NCBI GenBank assembly: GCA_964016885.1
Contig: OZ024740.1
Location: 21,018,001 to 21,082,000 of the forward strand
Direction of reading: 5' to 3'
DNA: 64,000 nt
DNA from: Eledone cirrhosa
Taxonomy: Eukaryota
The number at the start of each line of letters is the position of its first letter. Positions within the stretch are counted from its first letter, which is position 1. The notes beneath the pieces are model-generated. The model had not been told where the DNA came from and searched no databases. It saw only the letters and a program-made list of their open reading frames with translations. Positions 24,483 to 41,036 of the stretch are shown here, one piece after another. The translations under genes were made by a program, and so were the position numbers.

Positions 24483-27400
24483 ATGTACCATTCCTTCTTT
24501 CAATGTCATATTATCAGACAGTATATCTTCGACTACAATAGACAATGTACCATTCCTACTTTCAATGTGATATTAACAGACAGTATATCTTGGACTACAT
24601 TAGACAATGTAGCATTCCTTCTTTCAATGTGATATTATCAGACAGTATATCATGGACTACATTATCCAATGTACCATTCCTTCTTTCAATGTTATATTAT
24701 CAGACTGTATATCTTGGACTACATTAGACAATATACCATTCCTTCTTTCAATGTGATATTATCAGATAGTATATCTTGGACTACATTAGACAATGTACCA
24801 TTCCTTCTTTCAATGTGATATTATCAGACAGTATATCTTGGACTGCATTAGACAATGTACCATTCCTTCGTTCAAGGTGATATTATCAGACAGTATATCT
24901 TGGACTACACTAGACAATGTACCATTCCTTCTTTCAAGGTGATATTATCAGACAGTATATCTTGGACTAAATTAGACAATGTACCATTCCTTCTTTCAAT
25001 GTCATATTATCAGACAGTATATCTTGGACTTCATTAGACAATATACCATTCCTTCTTTCAATGTGATATTATCAGACAGTATATCTTGGACTACATTAGA
25101 CAATGTACCATTCCTTCTTTCAAGGTGATATTAACAGACAGTATATCTTGGACTACATTAGACAATGTACCATTCCTTCTTTCAAGGTGATATTATCAGA
25201 CAGTATATCTTGGACTACATTAGACAATGTACCATTCCTTCTTTCAAGGTGATATTATCAGACAGTATATCTTCAACTACATTATACAATGTACCATTCC
25301 TTCTTTCAATGTTATATTATCAGACTGTATATCTTGGACTACATTAGACAATATACCATTCCTTCTTTCAATGTGATATTATCAGACAGTATATCTTGGA
25401 CTACATTAGACAATGTACCATTCCTTCTTTCAATGTGATATTATCAGACAGTATATCTTGGACTACATTATACAATGTACCATTCCTTCTTTCAATGTTA
25501 TATTATCAGACTGTATATCTTGGACTACATTAGACAATATACCATTCCTTCTTTCAATGTGATATTATCAGACAGTATATCTTGGACTACATTAGACAAT
25601 GTATCGTTCCTTCTTTCAATGTGATATTATCAGACAGTATACCTTGGACTACATTAGACAATATACCATTCCTTCTTTCAATGTGATATTATCAGACAGT
25701 ATATCTTGGACTACATTAGACAATGTACCATTCCTTCTTTCAAGGTGATATTATCAGACAGTATATCTTGGACTACATTAGACAATGTACCATTCCTTCT
25801 TTCAAGATGATATTATCAGACAGTATATCTTGGACTACATTAGACAATGTACCATTCCTTCTTTCAATGTTATATTATCAGACAGTATATCTTCGACTAC
25901 ATTAGACAATATACCATTCCTTCTTTCAATGTGATATTATCAGACAGTATATCTTGGACTACACTAGACAATGTACCATTCCTTCTTTCAAGGTGATATT
26001 ATCAGACAGTATATCTTGGACTAAATTAGACAATGTACCATTCCTTCTTTCAATGTCATATTATCAGACAGTATATCTTGGACTTCATTAGACAATATAC
26101 CATTCCTTCTTTCAATGTGATATTATCAGACAGTATATCTTGGACTACATTAGACAATGTACCATTCCTTCTTTCAAGGTGATATTAACAGACAGTATAT
26201 CTTGGACTACATTAGACAATGTACCATTCCTTCTTTCAAGGTGATATTATCAGACAGTATATCTTGGACTACATTAGACAATGTACCATTCCTTCTTTCA
26301 AGGTGATATTATCAGACAGTATATCTTCAACTACATTAGACAATATACCATTCCTTCTTTCAATGTGATATTATCAGACAGTATATCTTGGACAACATTA
26401 GACAATGTACCATTCTTTCTTTCAAGGTGATATTATCAGACATTATATCTTGGACTACAATATACAATGTACCATTCCTACTTTCAATGTGATATTATCA
26501 GACAGTATATCTTTGACTACATTAGACAATGTACCATTCCTTCTTTCAATGTGATATTATCAGACAGTATATCATGGACTACATTATACAATGTACCATT
26601 CCTTCTTTCAATGTTATATTATCAGACTGTATAACTTGGACTACATTAGACAATATACCATTCCTTCTTTCAATGTGATATTATCAGACAGTATATCTTG
26701 GACTACATTAGACAATGTACCATTCCTTCTTTCAATGTGATATTATCAGACAGTATATCTTGGACTACATTATACAATGTACCATTCCTTCTTTCAATGT
26801 TATATTATCAGACTGTATATCTTGGACTACATTAGACAATATACCATTCCTTCTTTCAATGTGATATTATCAGACAGTATATCCTGGACTACATTAGACA
26901 ATGTATCGTTCCTTCTTTCAATGTGATATTATCAGACAGTATACCTTGGACTACATTAGACAATATACCATTCCTTCTTTCAATGTGATATTATCAGACA
27001 GTATATCTTGGACTACATTAGACAATGTACCATTCCTTCTTTCAAGGTGATATTATCAGACAGTATATCTTGGACTACATTAGACAATGTACCATTCCTT
27101 CTTTCAAGGTGATATTATCAGACAGTATATCTTGGACTACATTAGACAATGTACCATTCCTTCTTTCAATGTTATATTATCAGACAGTATATCTTCGACT
27201 ACATTAGACAATATACCATTCCTTCTTTCAATGTGATATTATCAGACAGTATATCTTGGACAACATTCGACAATGTACCATGCTTTCTTTCAAGGTGATA
27301 TTATCAGACAGTATATCTTGGACTACAATAGACAATGTACCATTCCTACTTTCAATGTGATATTAACAGACAGTATATCTTGGACTACATTAGACAATGT

Positions 27401-27743
27401 ACCATTCCTTCTTTCAATGTGATATTATCAGACAGTATATCATGGACTACATTATACAATGTACCATTCCTTCTTTCAATGTTATATTATCAGACAGTAT
27501 ATCTTGGACTACATTAGACAATGTACCATTCCTTCTTTCAATGGGATATTATCAGACAGTATATCTTGGACTACATTAGACAATGTACCATTTCATCTTT
27601 CAAGTTGATATTATCAGACAGTATATCTTGGACTACATTAGACAATGTACCATTCCTTCTTTCAATGTGATATTATCAGACAGTGTATCTTGCACTACAT
27701 TAGACAATGTACCATTCCTTCTGTCAATGTGATATTATCAGAC

Positions 27744-27830
27744 TGCCTAATGTAGTCCAAGATATACTGTCTGATAATATCACATTGAAAGAAGGAATGG
27801 TACATTGTCTAATGTAGTCCAAGATATACT
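27744..27830 (-). repeat. 87-bp inverted segment, copy 13 (tgcct)
   Basis: Reverse-complement segment, same junctions. Confidence 0.95.
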
Positions 27831-30347
27831 ATGTACCATTCCTTCTTTCAATGTCATATTATCAGACAGTATATCTTCGACTACAATAGACAATGTACCA
27901 TTCCTACTTTCAATGTGATATTAACAGACAGTATATCTTGGACTACATTAGACAATGTAGCATTCCTTCTTTCAATGTGATATTATCAGACAGTATATCA
28001 TGGACTACATTATACAATGTACCATTCCTTCTTTCAATGTTATATTATCAGACTGTATATCTTGGACTACATTAGACAATATACCATTCCTTCTTTCAAT
28101 GTGATATTATCAGATAGTATATCTTGGACTACATTAGACAATGTACCATTCCTTCTTTCAATGTGATATTATCAGACAGTATATCTTGGACTGCATTAGA
28201 CAATGTACCATTCCTTCGTTCAAGGTGATATTATCAGACAGTATATCTTGGACTACACTAGACAATGTACCATTCCTTCTTTCAAGGTGATATTATCAGA
28301 CAGTATATCTTGGACTAAATTAGACAATGTACCATTCCTTCTTTTAATGTCATATTATCAGACAGTATATCTTGGACTTCATTAGACAATATACCATTCC
28401 TTCTTTCAATGTGATATTATCAGACAGTATATCTTGGACTACATTAGACAATGTACCATTCCTTCTTTCAAGGTGATATTAACAGACAGTATATCTTGGA
28501 CTACATTAGACAATGTACCATTCCTTCTTTCAAGGTGATATTATCAGACAGTATATCTTGGACTACATTAGACAATGTACCATTCCTTCTTTCAAGGTGA
28601 TATTATCAGACAGTATATCTTGGACTACATTAGACAATGTACCATTCCTTCTTTCAATGTTATATTATCAGACAGTATATCTTCAACTACATTAGACAAT
28701 ATACCATTCCTTCTTTCAATGTGATATTATCAGACAGTATATCTTGGACAACATTAGACAATGTACCATTCTTTCTTTCAAGGTGATATTATCAGACATT
28801 ATATCTTGGACTACAATAGACAATGTACCATTCCTACTTTCAATGTGATATTATCAGACAGTATATCTTTGACTACATTAGACAATGTACCATTCCTTCT
28901 TTCAAGGTGATATTATCAGACAGTATATCTTCAACTACATTAGACAATATACCATTCCTTCTTTCAATGTGATATTATCAGACAGTATATCTTGGACAAC
29001 ATTAGACAATGTACCATTCTTTCTTTCAAGGTGATATTATCAGACATTATATCTTGGACTACAATAGACAATGTACCATTCCTACTTTCAATGTGATATT
29101 ATCAGACAGTTTATCTTTGACTACATTAGACAATGTACCATTCCTTCTTTCAATGTGATATTATCAGACAGTATATCATGGACTACATTATACAATGTAC
29201 CATTCCTTCTTTCAATGTTATATTATCAGACTGTATATCTTGGACTACATTAGACAATATACCATTCCTTCTTTCAATGTGATATTATCAGACAGTATAT
29301 CTTGGACTACATTAGACAATGTACCATTCCTTCTTTCAATGTGATATTATCAGACAGTATATCTTGGACTACATTATACAATGTACCATTCCTTCTTTCA
29401 ATGTTATATTATCAGACTGTATATCTTGGACTACATTAGACAATATACCATTCCTTCTTTCAATGTGATATTATCAGACAGTATATCTTGGACTACATTA
29501 GACAATGTATCGTTCCTTCTTTCAATGTGATATTATCAGACAGTATACCTTGGACTACATTAGACAATATACCATTCCTTCTTTCAATGTGATATTATCA
29601 GACAGTATATCTTGGACTACATTAGACAATGTACCATTCCTTCTTTCAAGGTGATATTATCAGACAGTATATCTTGGACTACATTACACAATGTACCATT
29701 CCTTCTTTCAAGGTGATATTATCAGACAGTATATCTTGGACTACATTAGACAATGTACCATTCCTTCTTTCAATGTTATATTATCAGACAGTATATCTTC
29801 GACTACATTAGACAATATACCATTCCTTCTTTCAATGTGATATTATCAGACAGTATATCTTGGACAACATTCGACAATGTACCATGCTTTCTTTCAAGGT
29901 GATATTATCAGACAGTATATCTTGGACTACAATAGACAATGTACCATTCCTACTTTCAATGTGATATTAACAGAGAGTATATCTTGGACTACATTAGACA
30001 ATGTACCATTCCTTCTTTCAATGTGATATTATCAGACAGTATATCATGGACTACATTATACAATGTACCATTCCTTCTTTCAATGTTATATTATCAGACA
30101 GTATATCTTGGACTACATTAGACAATGTACCATTCCTTGTTTCAATGGGATATTATCAGACAGTATATCTTGGACTACATTAGACAATGTACCATTTCTT
30201 CTTTCAAGTTAATATTATCAGACAGTATATCTTGGACTACATTAGACAATGTACCATTCCTTCTTTCAATGTGATATTATCAGACAGTGTATCTTGCACT
30301 ACATTAGACAATGTACCATTCCTTCTGTCAATGTGATATTATCAGAC

Positions 30348-30434
30348 TGCCTAATGTAGTCCAAGATATACTGTCTGATAATATCACATTGAAAGAAGGA
30401 ATGGTACATTGTCTAATGTAGTCCAAGATATACT
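30348..30434 (-). repeat. 87-bp inverted segment, copy 14 (tgcct)
   Basis: Reverse-complement segment, same junctions. Confidence 0.95.
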
Positions 30435-33261
30435 ATGTACCATTCCTTCTTTCAATGTCATATTATCAGACAGTATATCTTCGACTACAATAGACAATGT
30501 ACCATTCCTACTTTCAATGTGATATTAACAGACAGTATATCTTGGACTACATTAGACAATGTAGCATTCCTTCTTTCAATGTGATATTATCAGACAGTAT
30601 ATCATGGACTACATTATACAATGTACCATTCCTTCTTTCAATGTTATATTATCAGACTGTATATCTTGGACTACATTAGACAATATACCATTCCTTCTTT
30701 CAATGTGATATTATCAGATAGTATATCTTGGACTACATTAGACAATGTACCATTCCTTCTTTCAATGTGATATTATCAGACAGTATATCTTGGACTGCAT
30801 TAGACAATGTACCATTCCTTCGTTCAAGGTGATATTATCAGACAGTATATCTTGGACTACACTAGACAATGTACCATTCCTTCTTTCAAGGTGATATTAT
30901 CAGACAGTATATCTTGGACTAAATTAGACAATGTACCATTCCTTCTTTCAATGTCATATTATCAGACAGTATATCTTGGACTTCATTAGACAATATACCA
31001 TTCCTTCTTTCAATGTGATATTATCAGACAGTATATCTTGGACTACATTAGACAATGTACCATTCCTTCTTTCAAGGTGATATTAACAGACAGTATATCT
31101 TGGACTACATTAGACAATGTACCATTCCTTCTTTCAAGGTGATATTATCAGACAGTATATCTTGGACTACATTAGACAATGTACCATTCCTTCTTTCAAG
31201 GTGATATTATCAGACAGTATATCTTGGACTACATTAGACAATGTACCATTCCTTCTTTCAATGTTATATTATCAGACAGTATATCTTCAACTACATTAGA
31301 CAATATACCATTCCTTCTTTCAATGTGATATTATCAGACAGTATATCTTGGACAACATTAGACAATGTACCATTCTTTCTTTCAAGGTGATATTATCAGA
31401 CATTATATCTTGGACTACAATAGACAATGTACCATTCCTACTTTCAATGTGATATTATCAGACAGTATATCTTTGACTACATTAGACAATGTACCATTCC
31501 TTCTTTCAATGTGATATTATCAGACAGTATATCATGGACTACATTATAAAATGTACCATTCCTTTTTTCAATGTTATATTATCAGACTGTATATCTTGGA
31601 CTACATTAGACAATATACCATTCCTTCTTTCAATGTGATATTATCAGACAGTATATCTTGGACTACATTAGACAATGTACCATTCCTTCTTTCAATGTGA
31701 TATTATCAGACAGTATATCTTGGACTACATTATACAATGTACCATTCCTTCTTTCAATGTTATATTATCAGACTGTATATCTTGGACTACATTAGACAAT
31801 ATACCATTCCTTCTTTCAATGTGATATTATCAGACAGTATATCTTGGACTACATTAGACAATGTATCGTTCCTTCTTTCAATGTGATATTATCAGACAGT
31901 ATACCTTGGACTACATTAGACAATGTACCATTCTTTCTTTCAAGGTGATATTATCAGACAGTATATCTTGGACTACATTAGACAATGCACCATTCCTTCT
32001 TTCAATGTGATATTATCAGACAGTATAACTTTGACTACATTAGACAAAGTACCGTTTCTTCTTTCAATGTGATATTATCAGACAGTATATCTTGGACTAC
32101 ATTAGACAATGTACCATTCCTTCTTTCAAGGTGATATTATCAGACAGTATATCTTGGACTACATTAGACAATGTACCGTTCCTTCTTTCAATGTGATATT
32201 ATCAGACAGTATATCTTGGACAACATTAGACAATGTACCATTCTTTCTTTCAAGGTGATATTATCATACAGTATATCTTGGACTACAATAGACAATGTAC
32301 CATTCCTACTTTCAATGTGATATTATCAGACAGTATATCTTGGACTACATTAGAGATTGTACCATTCCTTCTTTCCATGTGATATTATCAGACAGTATAT
32401 CATGGACTACATTATACAATGTACCATTCCTTCTTTCAATGTTATAATATCAGACTGTATATCTTGGACTACAGTAGACAATATACCATTCCTTCTTTCA
32501 ATGTGATATTATCAGACAGTATATCTTGGACTACATTAGACAATGTACCATTCCTTCTTTCAATGTGATATTATCAGACAGTATATCTTGGACTACATTA
32601 GACAATGTACCATTCCTTCTTTCAATGGGATATTATCAGACAGTATATCTTGGACTACATTAAACAATGTACTATTCCTTCTTTCAAGGTGATATTATCA
32701 GACAGTATATCTTGGACTACATTAGACAATGTACCATTCCTTCTTTCAACGTCATATTATCAGACAGTATATCTTCGACTACGTTAGACAATGTACCATT
32801 CCTTCTTTCAATGTGATATTATCAGACAGTATATCATGGACTACATTATACAATGTACCATTCCTTCTTTCAATGTTATATTATCAGACTGTATATCTTG
32901 GACTACATTAGACAATATACCATTCCTTCTTTCAATGTGATATTATCAGACAGTATATCTTGGACTACATTAGACAATGTACCATTCCTTCTTTCAATGT
33001 GATATTATCAGACAGTATATTTTGGACTACATTAGACAATGTACCATTCCTTCTTTCAATGGGATATTATCAGACTGTATATCTTGGACTACATTAGACA
33101 ATGTACTATTCCTTCTTTCAAGGTGATATTATCAGACAGTATATCTTGGACTACATTAGGCAATGTACCATTCCTTCTTTCAATGTGATATTATCAGACA
33201 GTGTATCTTGGACTACATTAGACAATGTACCATTCCTTCTGTCAATGTGATATTATCAGAC

Positions 33262-33348
33262 TGTCTAATGTAGTCCAAGATATACTGTCTGATAATATCA
33301 CATTGAAAGAAGGAATGGTACATTGTCTAATGTAGTCCAAGATATACT
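33262..33348 (-). repeat. 87-bp inverted segment, copy 15 (tgtct)
   Basis: Reverse-complement segment, same junctions. Confidence 0.95.
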
Positions 33349-36300
33349 ATGTACCATTCCTTCTTTCAATGTCATATTATCAGACAGTATATCTTGGACT
33401 ACATTAGACAATGTACCATTCCTTCTTTCAATGTGATATTATCAGACAGTATATCTTGGACTACATTATACAATGTACCATTCCTTCTTTCAATGTTATA
33501 TTATCAGACTGTATATCTTGGACTACATTAGACAATATACCATTCCTTCTTTCAATGTGATATTATCAGACAGTATATCTTGGACTACATTAGACAATGT
33601 ATCGTTCCTTCTTTCAATGTGATATTATCAGACAGTATACCTTGGACTACATTAGACAATATACCATTCCTTCTTTCAATGTGATATTATCAGACAGTAT
33701 ATCTTGGACTACATTAGACAATGTACCATTCCTTCTTTCAAGGTGATATTATCAGACAGTATATCTTGGACTACATTACACAATGTACCATTCCTTCTTT
33801 CAAGGTGATATTATCAGACAGTATATCTTGGACTACATTAGACAATGTACCATTCCTTCTTTCAATGTTATATTATCAGACAGTATATCTTCGACTACAT
33901 TAGACAATGTAGCATTCCTTCTTTGAATGTGATATTATCAGACAGTATATCATGGACTACATTATACAATGTACCATTCCTTCTTTCAATGTTATATTAT
34001 CAGACTGTATATCTTGGACTACATTAGACAATATACCATTCCTTCTTTCAATGTGATATTATCAGATAGTATATCTTGGACTACATTAGACAATGTACCA
34101 TTCCTTCTTTCAATGTGATATTATCAGACAGTATATCTTGGACTGCATTAGACAATGTACCATTCCTTCTTTCAAGGTGATATTATCAGACAGTATATCT
34201 TGGACTAAATTAGACAATGTACCATTCCTTCTTTCAATGTCATATTATCAGACAGTATATCTTGGACTTCATTAGACAATATACCATTCCTTCTTTCAAT
34301 GTGATATTATCAGACAGTATATCTTGGACTACATTAGACAATGTACCATTCCTTCTTTCAAGGTGATATTAACAGACAGTATATCTTGGACTACATTAGA
34401 CAATGTACCATTCCTTCTTTCAAGGTGATATTATCAGACAGTATATCTTGGACTACATTAGACAATGTACCATTCCTTCTTTCAAGGTGATATTATCAGA
34501 CAGTATATCTTGGACTACATTAGACAATGTACCATTCCTTCTTTCAATGTTATATTATCAGACAGTATATCTTCAACTACATTAGACAATATACCATTCC
34601 TTCTTTCAATGTGATATTATCAGACAGTATATCTTGGACAACATTAGACAATGTACCATTCTTTCTTTCAAGGTGATATTATCAGACATTATATCTTGGA
34701 CTACAATAGACAATGTACCATTCCTACTTTCAATGTGATATTATCAGACAGTATATCTTTGACTACATTAGACAATGTACCATTCCTTCTTTCAATGTGA
34801 TATTATCAGACAGTATATCATGGACTACATTATAAAATGTACCATTCCTTCTTTCAATGTTATATTATCAGACTGTATATCTTGGACTACATTAGACAAT
34901 ATACCATTCCTTCTTTCAATGTGATATTATCAGACAGTATATCTTGGACTACATTAGACAATGTACCATTCCTTCTTTCAATGTGATATTATCAGACAGT
35001 ATATCTTGGACTACATTATACAATGTACCATTCCTTCTTTCAATGTTATATTATCAGACTGTATATCTTGGACTACATTAGACAATATACCATTCCTTCT
35101 TTCAATGTGATATTATCAGACAGTATATCTTGGACTACATTAGACAATGTATCGTTCCTTCTTTCAATGTGATATTATCAGACAGTATACCTTGGACTAC
35201 ATTAGACAATGTACCATTCTTTCTTTCAAGGTGATATTATCAGACAGTATATCTTGGACTACATTAGACAATGCACCATTCCTTCTTTCAATGTGATATT
35301 ATCAGACAGTATAACTTTGACTACATTAGACAAAGTACCGTTTCTTCTTTCAATGTGATATTATCAGACAGTATATCTTGGACTACATTAGACAATGTAC
35401 CATTCCTTCTTTCAAGGTGATATTATCAGACAGTATATCTTGGACTACATTAGACAATGTACCGTTCCTTCTTTCAATGTGATATTATCAGACAGTATAT
35501 CTTGGACAACATTAGACAATGTACCATTCTTTCTTTCAAGGTGATATTATCATACAGTATATCTTGGACTACAATAGACAATGTACCATTCCTACTTTCA
35601 ATGTGATATTATCAGACAGTATATCTTGGACTACATTAGAGATTGTACCATTCCTTCTTTCCATGTGATATTATCAGACAGTATATCATGGACTACATTA
35701 TACAATGTACCATTCCTTCTTTCAATGTTATAATATCAGACTGTATATCTTGGACTACAGTAGACAATATACCATTCCTTCTTTCAATGTGATATTATCA
35801 GACAGTATATCTTGGACTACATTAGACAATGTACCATTCCTTCTTTCAATGTGATATTATCAGACAGTATATCTTGGACTACATTAGACAATGTACCATT
35901 CCTTCTTTCAATGGGATATTATCAGACAGTATATCTTGGACTACATTAAACAATGTACTATTCCTTCTTTCAAGGTGATATTATCAGACAGTATATCTTG
36001 GACTACATTAGACAATGTACCATTCCTTCTTTCAACGTCATATTATCAGACAGTATATCTTCGACTACGTTAGACAATGTACCATTCCTTCTTTCAATGT
36101 GATATTATCAGACAGTATATCATGGACTACATTATACAATGTACCATTCCTTCTTTCAATGTTATATTATCAGACTGTATATCCTGGACTACATTAGACA
36201 ATATACCATTCCTTCTTTCAATGTGATATTATCAGACAGTATATCTTGGACTACATTAGACAATGTACCATTCCTTCTTTCAATGTGATATTATCAGACA

Positions 36301-36547
36301 GTATATTTTGGACTACATTAGACAATGTACCATTCCTTCTTTCAATGGGATATTATCAGACTGTATATCTTGGACTACATTAGACAATGTACTATTCCTT
36401 CTTTCAAGGTGATATTATCAGACAGTATATCTTGGACTACATTAGGCAATGTACCATTCCTTCTTTCAATGTGATATTATCAGACAGTGTATCTTGGACT
36501 ACATTAGACAATGTACCATTCCTTCTGTCAATGTGATATTATCAGAC

Positions 36548-36634
36548 TGTCTAATGTAGTCCAAGATATACTGTCTGATAATATCACATTGAAAGAAGGA
36601 ATGGTACATTGTCTAATGTAGTCCAAGATATACT
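36548..36634 (-). repeat. 87-bp inverted segment, copy 16 (tgtct)
   Basis: Reverse-complement segment, same junctions. Confidence 0.95.
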
Positions 36635-39523
36635 ATGTACCATTCCTTCTTTCAATGTCATATTATCAGACAGTATATCTTCGACTACATTAGACAATGT
36701 ACCATTCCTTCTTTCAATGTGATATTATCAAACAGTATATCTTGGACTACATTAGACAATGTATCGTTCCTTCTTTCAATGTGATATTATCAGACAGTAT
36801 ACCTTGGACTACATTAGACAATGTACCATTCCTTCTTTCAATGTGATATTATCAGACAGTATATCTTGGACTGCATTAGACAATGTACCTTTCCTTCGTT
36901 CAAGGTGATATTATCAGACAGTATATCTTGGACTACACTAGACAATGTACCATTCCTTCTTTCAAGGTGATATTATCAAACAGTATATCTTGGACTAAAT
37001 TAGACAATGTACCATTCCTTCTTTCAATGTCATATTATCAAACAGTATATCTTGGACTTCATTAGACAATATACCATTCCTTCTTTCAATGTGATATTAA
37101 CAGACAGTATATCTCAGACTACCTTAGACAATGTACCATTCCTTCTTTCATGGTGATATTATCAGACAGTATATCTTGGACTACATTAGACAATGTACCA
37201 TTCCTTCTTTCAAGGTGATATTATCAGACAGTATATCTTGGACTACATTAGACAATGTATCGTTCCTTCTTTTAATGTGATATTATCAGACAGTATATCT
37301 TGGACTACATTAGACAATGTACCATTCCTTCTTTCAATGTGATATTATCAGACAGTATATCTTGGACTACATTAGACAATGTACCATTCCTTCTTTCAAT
37401 GGGATATTAGCAGACAGTATATCTTGGACTACATTAGACAATATACCATTCCTTCTTTCAATATGATATTATCAGACAGTATATCTTGGACTACATTAGA
37501 CAATGTACCATTCCTTCTTTCAATCGGATATTATCAGACAGTATATCTTGGACTACATTAGACAATATACCATTCCTTCTTTCAATGTGATATTATCAGA
37601 CAATATATCTTGGACTACATTAGACAATGTACCATTTCTTCCTTCAATGTTATACTATCAGACAGTATATCTTGGACTACATTAGACAATGTTCCATTCC
37701 TTCTTTCAATGTGATATTATCAGACAGTATATCTTGGACTACATTAGACAATGTACCATTCCTTCTTTCAAGGTGATATTATCAGACAGTATATCTTGGA
37801 CTACATTAGACAATGTACCATTCCTTCTTTCAAGGTGATATTATCAGACAGTATATCTTGGACTACATTAGACAATGTACCATTCCTTCTTTCAATGTTA
37901 TATTATCAGACAGTATATCTTCGACTACATTAGACAATATACCATTCCTTCTTTCAATGTGATATTATCAGACAGTATATCTTGGACAACATTAGACAAT
38001 GTACCATTCTTTCTTTCAAGGTGATATTATCAGACAGTATATCTTGGACTACAATAGACAATGTACCATTCCTACTTTCAATGTGATATTATCAGACAGT
38101 ATATCTTTGACTACATTAGACAATGTACCATTCCTTCTTTCAATGTGATATTATCAGACAGTATATCATGGACTACATTATAAAATGTACCATTCCTTCT
38201 TTCAATGTTATATTATCAGACTGTATATCTTGGACTACATTAGACAATATACCATTCCTTCTTTCAATTTGATATTATCAGACAGTATATCTTGGACTAC
38301 ATTAGACAATGTATCGTTCCTTCTTTCAATGTGATATTATCAGACAGTATACCTTGGACTACATTAGACAATGTACCATTCTTTCTTTCAAGGTGATATT
38401 ATCAGACAGTATATCTTGGACTACATTAGACAATGTACCATTCCTTCTTTCAATGTGATATTATCGGACAGTATAACTTTGACTACATTAGACAAAGTAC
38501 CATTCCTTCTTTCAATGTGATATTATCAGACAGTATATCTTGGACTACATTAGACAATGTACCATTCCTTCTTTCAAGGTGATATTATCAGACAGTATAT
38601 CTTGGACTACATTAGACAATGTACCGTTCCTTCTTTCAATGTGATATTATCAGACAGTATATCTTGGACAACATTAGACAATGTACCATTCTTTCTTTCA
38701 AGGTGATATTATCAGACAGTATATCTTGGACTACAATAGACAATGTACCATTCCTACTTTCAATGTGATATTATCAGACAGTATATCTTGGACTACATTA
38801 GACAATGTACCATTCCTTCTTTCCATGTGATATTATCAGACAGTATATCATGGACTACATTATACAATGTACCATTCCTTCTTTCAATGTTATAATATCA
38901 GACTGTATATCTTGGACTACAGTAGACAATATACCATTCCTTCTTTCAATGTGATATTATCAGACAGTATATCTTGGACTACATTAGACAATGTACCATT
39001 CCTTCTTTCAATGTGATATTATCAGACAGTATATCTTGGACTACATTAGACAATGTACCATTCCTTCTTTCAATGGGATATTATCAGACAGTATATCTTG
39101 GACTACATTAAACAATGTACCATTCCTTCTTTCAAGGTGATATTATCAGACAGTATATCTTGGACTACATTAGTCAATGTACCATTCCTTCTTTCAACGT
39201 CATATTATCAGACAGTATATCTTCGACTACGTTAGACAATGTACCATTCCTTCTTTCAATGTGATATTATCAGACAGTATATCATGGACTACATTATACA
39301 ATGTACCATTCCTTCTTTCAATGTTATATTATCAGACTGTATATCTTGGACTACATTAGACAATATACCATTCCTTCTTTCAATGTGATATTATCAGACA
39401 GTATATCTTGGACTACATTAGACAATGTACCATTCCTTCTTTCAATGTGATATTATCAGACAGTGTATCTTGGACTACATTAGACAATGTACCATTCCTT
39501 CTGTCAATGTGATATTATCAGAC

Positions 39524-39610
39524 TGTCTAATGTAGTCCAAGATATACTGTCTGATAATATCACATTGAAAGAAGCAATGGTACATTGTCTAATGTAGTCC
39601 AAGATATACT
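39524..39610 (-). repeat. 87-bp inverted segment, copy 17 (tgtct, gaagcaatgg subtype)
   Basis: Reverse-complement segment, same junctions. Confidence 0.95.
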
Positions 39611-40949
39611 ATGTACCATTCTTTCTTTCAATGTCATATTATCAGACAGTATATCTTCGACTACATTAGACAATGTACCATTCCTTCTTTCAATGTGATA
39701 TTATCAAACAGTATATCTTGGACTACATTAGACAATGTATCGTTCCTTCTTTCAATGTGATATTATCAGACAGTATACCTTGGACTACATTAGACAATGT
39801 ACCATTCCTTCTTTCAATGTGATATTATCAGACAGTATATCTTGGACTGCATTAGACAATGTACCTTTCCTTCGTTCAAGGTGATATTATCAGACAGTAT
39901 ATCTTGGACTACACTAGACAATGTACCATTCCTTCTTTCAAGGTGATATTATCAAACAGTATATCTTGGACTAAATTAGACAATGTACCATTCCTTCTTT
40001 CAATGTCATATTATCAGACAGTATATCTTGGACTTCATTAGACAATATACCATTCCTTCTTTCAATGTGATATTATCAGACAGTATATCTTGGACTACCT
40101 TAGACAATGTACCATTCCTTCTTTCATGGTGATATTATCAGAAAGTATATCTTGGACTACATTAGACAATGTACCATTCCTTCTTTCAAGGTGATATTAT
40201 CAGACAGTATATCTTGGACTACATTAGACAATGTATCGTTCCTTCTTTTAATGTGATATTATCAGACAGTATATCTTGGACTACATTAGACAATGTACCA
40301 TTCCTTCTTTCAATGTGATATTATCAGACAGTATATCTTGGACTACATTAGACAATGTACCATTCCTTCTTTCAATGGGATATTAGCAGACAGTATATCT
40401 TGGACTACATTAGACAATATACCATTCCTTCTTTCAATATGATATTATCAGACAGTATATCTTGGACTACATTAGACAATGTACCATTCCTTCTTTCAAT
40501 CGGATATTATCAGACAGTATATCTTGGACTACATTAGACAATATACCATTCCTTCTTTCAATGTGATATTATCAGACAATATATCTTGGACTACATTAGA
40601 CAATGTACCATTTCTTCTTTCAATGTTATATTATCAGACAGTATATCTTGGACTACATTAGACAATGTTCCATTCCTTCTTTCAATGTGATATTATCAGA
40701 CAGTATATATTGGACTACATTAGACAATGTACCATTCCTTCTTTCAATGGGATATTATCAGACAGTATATCTTGGACTACATTAGACAATGTACCATTCC
40801 TTCTTTCAAGGTGATATTATCAGACAGTATATCTTGGACTACATTAGACAATGTACCATTCCTTCTTTCAATGTGATATTATCAGACAGTGTATCTTGGA
40901 CTCCATTAGACAATGTACCATTCCTTCTATCAATGTGATATTATCAGAC

Positions 40950-41036
40950 TGTCTAATGTAGTCCAAGATATACTGTCTGATAATATCACATTGAAAGAAG
41001 GAATGGTACATTGTCTATTGTAGTCCAAGTTATACT
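40950..41036 (-). repeat. 87-bp inverted segment, copy 18 (tgtct, caagttatact subtype)
   Basis: Reverse-complement segment; upstream marker tctatc. Confidence 0.95.

Larger units (their letters stand above)
26270..31480 (+). repeat. Tandem duplication of a ~2604-bp (42-monomer) block
   Basis: Identical or near-identical ORFs at +2604 (27025/29629, 27335/29939, 27893/30497, 28203/30807, 28513/31117). Inversions at 27744/30348. Confidence 0.82.
30870..36680 (+). repeat. ~2.5-kb block duplicated at offset 3286 bp (53 monomers): ~30870-33390 vs ~34150-36680
   Basis: ORFs at 31117/34403, 32605/35891 and 32729/36015. Shared rare variants aatgcacc, caaagtaccg, tagagattgt, attaggcaat. Inversions at 33262/36548. 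Confidence 0.82.
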